Virus record (IMG/VR): IMGVR_UViG_3300037042_002125
Coordinates: 158,079-222,078 of that record
DNA length: 64,000 nucleotides
Strand: one strand, 5' to 3'
Under the pieces are notes generated by a model, which worked only from the letters and a program-made list of their open reading frames with translations, was not told the origin of the DNA and ran no database searches. A program made the position numbers and the translations under genes. This document shows, one piece after another, positions 54,990 to 62,855 of this stretch (within the stretch, counting starts at the first letter, position 1; each line of letters begins with the position of its first letter).

Positions 54990-55705
54990 AGTAGGAGTCT
55001 TTCTTCAGTGGTTGTTGCTATTTCGGAAGTAGTAGGCGCTAAGCCTGTTAGCGAAATGTTCAAGTGTCGCTCGAACAGGATGTCAGTCTGGAGCAACGTG
55101 CCTCGCTCATCGTACGAGGTGCCAAAGATGTCGATTGCTACGTATCCGATTGCCGCCATGTACGCGATGACTTCGGCAAACAGAGGTGCGTCCTTGTTGT
55201 ATTCTGCGATTGAGCACTCCAATAAAATGTACAGAGGCAGCTTATCAAGAATGAATCCGGATGCGCCCTTGAGTATCAGTAGCTCTGCGCCCTGTGCATC
55301 GATTTTGATTAGTCCGTTCGTTGACCACGAGCCGAAGAAGTTGTGCTTGCGGTGCAGGGCGTCCACCGTTGTCATGTGCTTCTTCAGGACTAGCGTAGAC
55401 ATCGGGTTGTAGTGGAACGTCTGCTCAAGGAAGATTGAGCTGCCCGTAGTGTTCTTGTCTTCGCCGAGCGTGTAGAAATTCACGTTGTCTTGCTCACGAT
55501 CACCAAGCAAGGCGATGATCGCTCGGTCAGATAACCACGGCGCCTGGCGTTCGTCAGCTTCGATCTGCCACACTATAGCAGTAGGCCACACGGCTCTGAC
55601 CGTTTCAGTGAACTCACCACGGTAGGCGCCAATGTCAAGCACGTAGTTGATGTGTCTTCCGTGGTTCTTCAACACCGAGAACCTCTGTCTGAATTGTTCA
55701 ATCAT
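54986..55705 (-). CDS. FkbM-family methyltransferase
   Basis: LDIGAYRG, IEA, TGSS, IKIDAQGAELLILKG, Q.DILF. Confidence 0.9.
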   Translation of the reverse strand: MIEQFRQRFSVLKNHGRHINYVLDIGAYRGEFTETVRAVWPTAIVWQIEADERQAPWLSDRAIIALLGDREQDNVNFYTLGEDKNTTGSSIFLEQTFHYNPMSTLVLKKHMTTVDALHRKHNFFGSWSTNGLIKIDAQGAELLILKGASGFILDKLPLYILLECSIAEYNKDAPLFAEVIAYMAAIGYVAIDIFGTSYDERGTLLQTDILFERHLNISLTGLAPTTSEIATTTEERLLL

Positions 55706-56502
55706 TTTCTGTTCCAAAAGTCGAGCTGCATATCAGTGTAGAGATTGGTCAGTTCGTGTCCGATCACTTTCTCGGGCTCAGGACTTGTCTGAGCCATCGT
55801 CGGGCGCACGTCATGCAGACCTTCGAGACCGCCGTGGTATGAGTCGTTCTCAGGCATTGGCTGTAGCGAATCCAGACGGACTCCGCAGGACTCAATGCCG
55901 ACGAACTGACAGACCTGGTCCATTGTTCCCTGACTGTTATTTACAATGTCCAAATAGCGTAGCACCAGCAGGTCAGCAGCACCTGATTGAAATCCATGAC
56001 GCAGCGCCATGTAGGGCACGTTGATGTAACGCTCCCACAAAATCTTGCATCTGTTCTTGTCGTTGATCGGCAGCCCCTTGTCGATCAGGTCTTGATCCAC
56101 GAACGTAGTCTTGTGAGAGTTCTTGCGTATCAGCAGAATGTAGGACGCCAGCACACTGGGTATGGATCGCACTGTGCAGATGATCTTGGGACGCTCGTGC
56201 AGAACGTCCTTCATCATGTGAGCCTGACGCGGCCAGATGCGGTTCTTGTCAACGATGATAGGCTTGGATACGTGCTCGTAAGCGCCGAACACCAAGCCTC
56301 GCATCATGTTGCTGTACTGGTTTGGGTCTGGATTGACTAACGCTGCCGAGATTTGGGGCCAGTTGTTGTTGAAGATCGTAATCATGTCCACCACTGGTGA
56401 CGTAGTGGAGGCATGAATCATCGGATGTTGATTCAGCAAGGACGCAAGTACCTGTGAGCCAGAGCGTGGAATGCCCGAGAGCATGATAAAAGACTTGTCC
56501 AT
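55702..56502 (-). CDS. second PAPS-dependent sulfotransferase, RaxST-like
   Basis: SGIPRSGSQVL..LLNQHP, DKNRIW, ICTVR..LAS, GLHDVR, DFW. Confidence 0.88.
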   Translation of the reverse strand: MDKSFIMLSGIPRSGSQVLASLLNQHPMIHASTTSPVVDMITIFNNNWPQISAALVNPDPNQYSNMMRGLVFGAYEHVSKPIIVDKNRIWPRQAHMMKDVLHERPKIICTVRSIPSVLASYILLIRKNSHKTTFVDQDLIDKGLPINDKNRCKILWERYINVPYMALRHGFQSGAADLLVLRYLDIVNNSQGTMDQVCQFVGIESCGVRLDSLQPMPENDSYHGGLEGLHDVRPTMAQTSPEPEKVIGHELTNLYTDMQLDFWNRK

Positions 56503-56987
56503 TACAGTTGTTTCCCGTTCGTTGGGGCCGCAGTTGCTGTAGTACCGCGCATAATCTCAAGGAACTCCTTTGTGCCTAGGAAGTTCCAGCCACCATCAAT
56601 CTCGTACCGCACATTGGCCAAGGCATTTCGTTGGATAGCTTGCACGGCCCAATTCAGTACACGAGCGTCAAGCCGTTGCCCCATTTCCTTTATGGTGACG
56701 AACGATACTCCAGTTCGGGTTGTTTCCAACACTAGCAACGCGTTGACCAGATTAGGCTTCATCCATGCAGGGATAGCGAGCGACCTCAACCATAGACAGC
56801 GGAACGTTTTGCACGGTTGCTCAGGTCGATCTTCATAGATGGTGCAGCCAGTTTCACACACGAAATGGCACTTCGTACCTGGATAGAACTGGTGTCCGTG
56901 CGCTTCGCCGGTCGCCCAACCATCGCAGCAGGCCGTACAGCCACCACAGTTCCTTTCAGCCATTATGTGAATTGTGGCACCTCTCAT
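56502..56987 (-). CDS. Cys-cluster protein (YkgJ/CxxCxxCC-like, Zn or Fe-S binding)
   Basis: CGGCTACC...CHFVC..GCTIYEDRP..CKTFRCLW. Confidence 0.75.
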   Translation of the reverse strand: MRGATIHIMAERNCGGCTACCDGWATGEAHGHQFYPGTKCHFVCETGCTIYEDRPEQPCKTFRCLWLRSLAIPAWMKPNLVNALLVLETTRTGVSFVTIKEMGQRLDARVLNWAVQAIQRNALANVRYEIDGGWNFLGTKEFLEIMRGTTATAAPTNGKQL

Positions 56988-57682
56988 AGCTGCCTCTTCG
57001 TAGTCGGTATGGTAAAGTCAGGACCCTTGAACCATCTGGTAAACTGATGACTAGTTCCTTTAAACTTGTAGGGTCCGATATGGTTGCACACGATGTCAGG
57101 ATCGAGATATATCTGGAAGCCGCCCGTACGTAGCTTGTTGAACGCGTGAATGTCCTCGCTTATGAGGCTACTGTCTTCGATCACAACGTCAAAGATCATG
57201 CGACGCTCTTTGTTGTCCTTGGGATCGATGTAGGGCACACTTGCGTCCCACAAATACTGCATGGCCTTGCGACTCATCTTGACGAAGCCTGTTCCTAGCC
57301 CATCAACTTCGATCAGACCAGTGACGGGGTCCTTGGGACGTCGCTGTACACTGCGAACAACGTACTCCTCAATGTCGCCCTTCTTGCGATACGTGCCACC
57401 AACCACGTCAGCCTCGTGGTCTAGCAGTCGGAAGAACCACTCAGGTTCCCACTCAATGTCGCTGTCAATCCAGATCAGATCGTCAACGCCCGACTCAAGA
57501 GCAACGTGGATTGTGTCGTTACGGGCACGTTGCAGCAGAGCGTCGAAGCTGATCCACATTGGCGTAATATCGACGTCACGTTCCATGCCCATCTTGATCG
57601 TATTGCACAGACTGTTCGTGTACCACACGTCGAGGCGGCCGTCGTAGCACGGCGTTCCTATCATCACTTTTCGTGCGCTCAT
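56984..57682 (-). CDS. GT-A fold glycosyltransferase
   Basis: IGTPCYDG, RARN, WIDSD, GGTY, GTGF, SED, H.G; ATGA-coupled start at 57682. Confidence 0.8.
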   Translation of the reverse strand: MSARKVMIGTPCYDGRLDVWYTNSLCNTIKMGMERDVDITPMWISFDALLQRARNDTIHVALESGVDDLIWIDSDIEWEPEWFFRLLDHEADVVGGTYRKKGDIEEYVVRSVQRRPKDPVTGLIEVDGLGTGFVKMSRKAMQYLWDASVPYIDPKDNKERRMIFDVVIEDSSLISEDIHAFNKLRTGGFQIYLDPDIVCNHIGPYKFKGTSHQFTRWFKGPDFTIPTTKRQL

Positions 57683-58323
57683 TGCAGTGCCTTTATCAAG
57701 TCTCGAAATTCTAGGAGGACAGTCTGTGCATCGGGCCCGAGATAGTTGTTCATGAACGAACGATATGGTACGGTGTCCGTCCACTCGTACACAATCTCCT
57801 CGTACTCGCGGTCGTGAAAAATGCTGTTGCCAACCAGGTGTTCTAGCATACTCAGTTTAGGCACCACAAGCATATTGCCGTCACGCTCAGTGAATATCCA
57901 GCGATGGTGAATGAAACCCAACCACTTGGCGCTCTCGATCCGCGTAAGTTCTGTGCGGATGCTGGGCGTGGTAATGACGCCGGCCTTGGCAATACGCGGC
58001 AGTAGCTCCAACGTAGTGAACGGGTTGTAGAGGTCTTCGAGAGTGTGAGTGCAGATCGCGTAGTCGAAGCGTCCGTGACGTTCCACATACTCAAGCATGG
58101 TGTTCCACGCCTCACGGTCGCAGACATCAATTCTCACGCCACTAGGTGACGTCACTGCATTGATGTCAATCACGAGGTCAGTGATAGACGCAGACCAGCC
58201 TCCGCCATGAGTACCGCCGACGTCAATGACAGAGTATCCCGGCGTCTGTTGTTTGGTGTTCCCTACGTCGTGTAGGATACGCGCACGGGTATGCAGCGTC
58301 CTACCGTATTTGATTGTGAGCAT
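57679..58323 (-). CDS. SAM-methyltransferase-like protein
   Basis: VIDVGG, FDYAICTHTLEDL.NP, HHRW. Confidence 0.7.
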   Translation of the reverse strand: MLTIKYGRTLHTRARILHDVGNTKQQTPGYSVIDVGGTHGGGWSASITDLVIDINAVTSPSGVRIDVCDREAWNTMLEYVERHGRFDYAICTHTLEDLYNPFTTLELLPRIAKAGVITTPSIRTELTRIESAKWLGFIHHRWIFTERDGNMLVVPKLSMLEHLVGNSIFHDREYEEIVYEWTDTVPYRSFMNNYLGPDAQTVLLEFRDLIKALQ

Positions 58324-58325
58324 AT

Positions 58326-59270
58326 TCAAGCCTGCAGTAGTGAGTTGAAGAACTGACGCCACTCGCCAATGCGATGTTCCCAACTGTAGCGACTGTTGAA
58401 CCAGGCCGACTGTGCACGCCATTGTGAGTCGGGTAGCCACGTGTACTCGTCGATAGCGTCTGCAAGCACCTTGGCGTACCGCTCGACTAGTCCGCTGCGC
58501 TCACTATTGACATACGTGGCGTGAGGTCCGCACGTCTCAGGCAACGCACCAAGACCTGTAGTGACTATGTGGCAACCAGCAGCGCCAGCCTCAATCGCGG
58601 ACAAGCAGCTAGTCTCCTCGAACGTACTTGGGTACGCCAGAATGTGAGCCCGTTGCACCGCTACGCGAACGGCTTTGTTGGTGACGTATCCTCTGTAATT
58701 TACACCTGGAGCAGTCCGACATTTGGCAAGGACGTCCTTGTTTTTCTGACCTTCGCCACTAGCGTAACCCGCACCATAGATGATGTTGGATGAGTACACG
58801 TCAAGAACCACATTGCGGCCAGGCTTCACAATCTCGTATGCGTCAAGCAGAATGTCAAGACCCCGATCTGGCATGGAGGTATAGATGAGCCGAATCTGAC
58901 CGTCCGGCTTTGGCACGAACGGTATTGGGTCAATTGCGTTTCTGATTACGGTGTTTTGAACGTGCTCGATGTTGTACAGTTCACGGAATTGGGCAAGCTG
59001 CCATTCACTGACGTAAACAAAGGACGATACTTGGCTGACGAACTCAGCGTCGCGCATTCCATAGGTTGCGGGCTGGTCAGTCATCAAGTGCTGCCACACT
59101 ACGTTGAGCCTTTGGGACTCAAGTAGCTGTGGAGCGCAGATGCTAAGGATCAAGTTGACCCGGCTTAGAATAGCGGGCCAATTTGGTCCTAGGTACCGCA
59201 AGAGGGAGGTGTACAGAAGTTCTGATCCGCCTTTTGGCGTTATTGATATTGGTGTCATGGTCTGTACCAT
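58326..59270 (-). CDS. GT4-family glycosyltransferase (start uncertain: 59270 or 59258)
   Basis: GGSE, VSEWQ, IRNAI, YTSMPDRGL, YPSTFEETSCLSAIEA.AAG, GALPE. Confidence 0.9.
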   Translation of the reverse strand: MVQTMTPISITPKGGSELLYTSLLRYLGPNWPAILSRVNLILSICAPQLLESQRLNVVWQHLMTDQPATYGMRDAEFVSQVSSFVYVSEWQLAQFRELYNIEHVQNTVIRNAIDPIPFVPKPDGQIRLIYTSMPDRGLDILLDAYEIVKPGRNVVLDVYSSNIIYGAGYASGEGQKNKDVLAKCRTAPGVNYRGYVTNKAVRVAVQRAHILAYPSTFEETSCLSAIEAGAAGCHIVTTGLGALPETCGPHATYVNSERSGLVERYAKVLADAIDEYTWLPDSQWRAQSAWFNSRYSWEHRIGEWRQFFNSLLQA

Positions 59271-59282
59271 TGGTGGAGAACG

Positions 59283-59307
59283 AAAAAGGAGTGTACGCAC
59301 ACTCCTT
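59283..59307 (-). terminator. intrinsic terminator after the fibre gene
   Basis: AAGGAGTGT/ACACTCCTT stem plus T tract on the - strand. Confidence 0.7.
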
Positions 59308-59314
59308 ATTTACA
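59307..59314 (-). promoter_or_regulatory. TGTAAATA motif heading the modification island
   Basis: Abuts the terminator stem. Confidence 0.55.
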
Positions 59315-59333
59315 GTGCTTGATCTGCGGACGG

Positions 59334-62300
59334 TCACGCTCCTTCTAGCACACGCACGCGTTCTGTGAGCGCCTCTACGCTGGTAGTCAAAGCGTCATTC
59401 TTTTCTGCCAGTTCCTGAATGGCTTTCACCATCACTGGCAAGAGCTTACCAGGTGCTGCTTCGTATCTTGATTCGTCCTCGTTGGAGATCACAAGTTCAA
59501 GCCAGTCACGGACCTGATGGTAATCCATCGCTTGCTTGAGTTCCTGGGCAATAAATCCAGCGTACCCCTGACCAACTTTTGATCCGTCACGCATATTCCA
59601 TGTGAATTTCACTGGACGGATTTGCCGAATGAAATCAAGACCTAGTGGAATGTCCTGAATGTCTTTCTTGTCACGGGCATCAGATAGTGCAGTGATACTG
59701 GTTACCTGAGCACGGATGGTTGCTATGCTTGCGTTACCAAGAGTAATAGTATTAGAGCAAGCCGCTGCTAATGCCTGTGAGTTAAATCCTATTAGGATAT
59801 TATTTGATCCCCCGTTAACGGTGTATCCGGAACAGCAACCAATAGCTATGTTATTGCTGCCGGTGGTGTTGCCGTAGAGCGCCAAGTACCCTTGGGCGGT
59901 GTTATTACTGCCGGTGGTGTTGGAGTAGAGCGCCTGTTGTCCCTGGGCGAAGTTATTACTGCCGGTGGTATTGTAGAAGAGCGCCTGTTGTCCCTGGGCG
60001 AAGTTATTATTGCCAGTAGTGTTGAATATGAGCGCCAAGTACCCCGAGGCGATGTTATTACTGCCGGTGTTGGAGTAGAGCGCCTGTTGTCCCTGGGCGA
60101 AGTTATTATTGCCGGTGGTGTTGGAGGTGAGCGCCAAGTACCCTTGGGCGAAGTTATTACAACCGGTGGTATTGGAGCTGAGCGCCAAGTACCCTTGGGC
60201 GAAGTTATTGTTGCCGGTGGTGTTGAAGTAGAGCGCCTGGTATCCTATTGCGGTGTTATTACTGCCGGTGGTGTTGCCGTAGAGCGCATGGTTTCCTTGG
60301 GCGAAGTTATTACTGCCGTAGGTGTTGCTGTAAAGTGCAGCTTGTCCCTGGGCGGTGTTATTACTGCCGGTGGTGTTGGAGGTGAGCGCCTGGTATCCTA
60401 TTGCGGTGTTATTACTGCCGGTGGTGTTGGAGTAGAGCGCCTGTTGTCCCTGGGCGAAGTTATTATTGCCGGTGGTGTTGTTGCTATAGAGTGCCTTGTA
60501 TCCCTGGGCGAAGTTATTACAACCGGTGGTGTTACCGTAGAGCGCCCAGTACCCTTGGGCGAAGTTATTACGGCCGGTGGTGTTGGAGGTGAGCGCCAAG
60601 TACCCTTGGGCGAAGTTATTACCGCCGGTGGTGTTGCAGTAGAGCGCCTGTTGTCCCTGGGCGAAGTTATTATTGCCGGTGGTGTTGCTGCTATAGAGTG
60701 CCTTGTATCCCTGGGCGAAGTTATTACTGCCGGTGGTGTTGCCGTAGAGCGCCAAGTATCCTATGGCGGTGTTATTATTACCGTAGGTATTTGAGTAGAG
60801 CGCCGAGTATCCTATGGCGGTGTTATTACGGCCGGTGGTGTTGCAGTAGAGCGCCCTGCATCCTTGGGCGGTGTTATCATTACCAGTAGTATTGCCGTAG
60901 AGCGCCCTGTATCCTATGGCGGTGTTATTACAACCGGTGGTATTGGAGCGGAGCGCCTGTGGTCCCTGGGCGAAGTTATTACTGCCGGTGGTGTTGCTGT
61001 AAAGTGCCCCGCATCCTTGGGCGGTGTTATGGCTGCCGGTGGTGTTACCGTAGAGTGCCTTGTATCCTTGGGCGAAGTTATTACTGCCGGTGGTGTTCTT
61101 GCGGAGCGCCAGTGGTCCTATGGCGGTGTTATTATTACCGGTGGTGTTGCATTGGAGCGCCTTGCATCCTTGGGCGGTGTTACTACAACCGGTGGTATTG
61201 TAGAAGAGCGCCTGGTATCCTTGGGCGAAGTTATTACAACCGGTGGTGTTACCGTAGAGCGCCTGATATCCTTGGGCGAAGTTATTGTTGCCGTAGGTGT
61301 TGAAGTAGAGCGCCTTACTTCCCTGGGCGGTGTTATTACAACCGGTGGTATTGGAGCGGAGCGCCGAGTATCCTTGGGCGAAGTTAGTACTGCCGGTGGT
61401 GTTGGAGCGGAGCGCCGAGTATCCTTGGGCGAAGTTATTACAGCCAGAGGTGTTGCCGTAGAGCGCCCTGCATCCTATGGCGGTGTTATGGTTGCCGGTG
61501 GTGCTGTAAAGTGCCCCGTATCCTTGGGCGAAGTTACCACAGCCGGTGGTGTTCTTACATAGAGCACCGATACCAACTGCAAAGTTATTAGCGCCCGTAG
61601 TATTACTAGCCAATGCGCCAGTCCCGATACCAAGGTTGTTGTAAGTCGGGGTTAGTGAGGCGCCGCCTACCGAAGCGCCATTGACTGTTAATGCTCCGGC
61701 ACCAGTTACCTGTAGGCAGTTAGTACCTGCTTTAAGGTAGATAGTGTTAACCAGACCGGCAGTCCCTACATAAGAGCCTATGATAGTGTTGTCAACACCT
61801 GTGGTTATGCTCTTACCAGCATCAGCACCAATAGCGATGTTGTTACCTGCATTGTTCGATGCGTATAGGGCACAGCAACCGATACCAATGTTGTTGGAAC
61901 CAGTAGTATTGCTGTATAGTGCCTTGTATCCTTGGGCGGTGTTATTATTACCGGTGGTGTTGCATTGGAGCGCCTTGCATCCTTGGGCGGTGTTATTACT
62001 GCCGGTGGTGTTGGAGAGGAGCGCCAAGTATCCTATTGCGGTGTTATTACAACCGGTGGTGTTACCGTAGAGCGCCCTGTATCCTTGGGCGAAGTTATTA
62101 CAGCCAGTAGTGTTGAATAAGAGCGCCTTGCATCCTATGGCGGTGTTATTACTGCCGGTGGTGTTACCGTAGAGCGCCTTGCATCCTTGGGCGGTGTTAT
62201 TATTGCCGGTGGTGTTCTTGTAGAGCGCCTTACTTCCCTGGGCGGTGTTATTATTGCCGGTGGTGTTGCCGTAGAGCGCCTTGCATCCTTGGGCGGTGTT

Positions 62301-62720
62301 ATTATTGCCGGTGGTGTTGCCGTAGAGCGCCTGTTGTCCTATGGCGGTGTTATTACAACCGGTGGTGTTGGAGTAGAGCACCAAGTCTCCTATGGCGGTG
62401 TTATTACTGCCGTAGGTGTTCTTGTAGAGCGCCCAGTAGCCTTGGGCGAAGTTATTACAGCCAGAGGTGTTGCCGTAGAGCGCCGAGTGTCCTTGGGCGA
62501 AGTTACCACAGCCGGTGGTGTTCTTACATAGAGCACCGATACCAACTGCAAAGTTATTCGTGCCAGTAGTGTTACTAGCCAGTGAACCAGTGCCAATTGC
62601 CATGTTGTTGGTTCCGGTGCTAGTTGTCAAGCCAGCACCTACACCAAGGGCCAATTCACCACGTGCGTTCGCATTTGTATCAGGGATGATTGTACATCCA
62701 TTTATCTTGATAGCCATCAT
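59334..62720 (-). CDS. long repeat-rich tail fibre with S74-type chaperone
   Basis: About 60 14-aa repeats (NTTG.NN.A.G..AL), SDARDK, GFIAQE, coiled-coil end; AAGGA RBS. Confidence 0.88.
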   Translation of the reverse strand: MMAIKINGCTIIPDTNANARGELALGVGAGLTTSTGTNNMAIGTGSLASNTTGTNNFAVGIGALCKNTTGCGNFAQGHSALYGNTSGCNNFAQGYWALYKNTYGSNNTAIGDLVLYSNTTGCNNTAIGQQALYGNTTGNNNTAQGCKALYGNTTGNNNTAQGSKALYKNTTGNNNTAQGCKALYGNTTGSNNTAIGCKALLFNTTGCNNFAQGYRALYGNTTGCNNTAIGYLALLSNTTGSNNTAQGCKALQCNTTGNNNTAQGYKALYSNTTGSNNIGIGCCALYASNNAGNNIAIGADAGKSITTGVDNTIIGSYVGTAGLVNTIYLKAGTNCLQVTGAGALTVNGASVGGASLTPTYNNLGIGTGALASNTTGANNFAVGIGALCKNTTGCGNFAQGYGALYSTTGNHNTAIGCRALYGNTSGCNNFAQGYSALRSNTTGSTNFAQGYSALRSNTTGCNNTAQGSKALYFNTYGNNNFAQGYQALYGNTTGCNNFAQGYQALFYNTTGCSNTAQGCKALQCNTTGNNNTAIGPLALRKNTTGSNNFAQGYKALYGNTTGSHNTAQGCGALYSNTTGSNNFAQGPQALRSNTTGCNNTAIGYRALYGNTTGNDNTAQGCRALYCNTTGRNNTAIGYSALYSNTYGNNNTAIGYLALYGNTTGSNNFAQGYKALYSSNTTGNNNFAQGQQALYCNTTGGNNFAQGYLALTSNTTGRNNFAQGYWALYGNTTGCNNFAQGYKALYSNNTTGNNNFAQGQQALYSNTTGSNNTAIGYQALTSNTTGSNNTAQGQAALYSNTYGSNNFAQGNHALYGNTTGSNNTAIGYQALYFNTTGNNNFAQGYLALSSNTTGCNNFAQGYLALTSNTTGNNNFAQGQQALYSNTGSNNIASGYLALIFNTTGNNNFAQGQQALFYNTTGSNNFAQGQQALYSNTTGSNNTAQGYLALYGNTTGSNNIAIGCCSGYTVNGGSNNILIGFNSQALAAACSNTITLGNASIATIRAQVTSITALSDARDKKDIQDIPLGLDFIRQIRPVKFTWNMRDGSKVGQGYAGFIAQELKQAMDYHQVRDWLELVISNEDESRYEAAPGKLLPVMVKAIQELAEKNDALTTSVEALTERVRVLEGA
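59840..62600 (-). repeat. two arrays of ~42-bp coding tandem repeats
   Basis: Arrays at about 59840-61620 and 61860-62600; identical 69-bp segments at 61521-61589 and 62490-62558. Confidence 0.9.
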
Positions 62721-62756
62721 CGTTCCTTTCAAGAACTCGGTTATTTAGATTGTCGA

Positions 62757-62765
62757 ATGAAATTA
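62757..62765 (-). promoter_or_regulatory. TAATTTHAT motif
   Basis: TAATTTCAT before the fibre gene. Confidence 0.5.
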
Positions 62766-62855
62766 GATTGAATTAGTTTTGAAATTTTAGTTCAAGTCTC
62801 TTCCAATATTCTTACTCTATCTGAAAGCACCCTGAGATTTAGTAATAAAGAGTTC

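Noticed and set aside
59892-62531. Long + strand ORFs (300, 232 and 114 aa) over the fibre repeats
   Set aside because: Antisense by-products of a stop-poor periodic repeat.
59840-62600. Possible CRISPR array
   Set aside because: The repeats are in-frame coding units with no unique spacers, and no cas genes are present.
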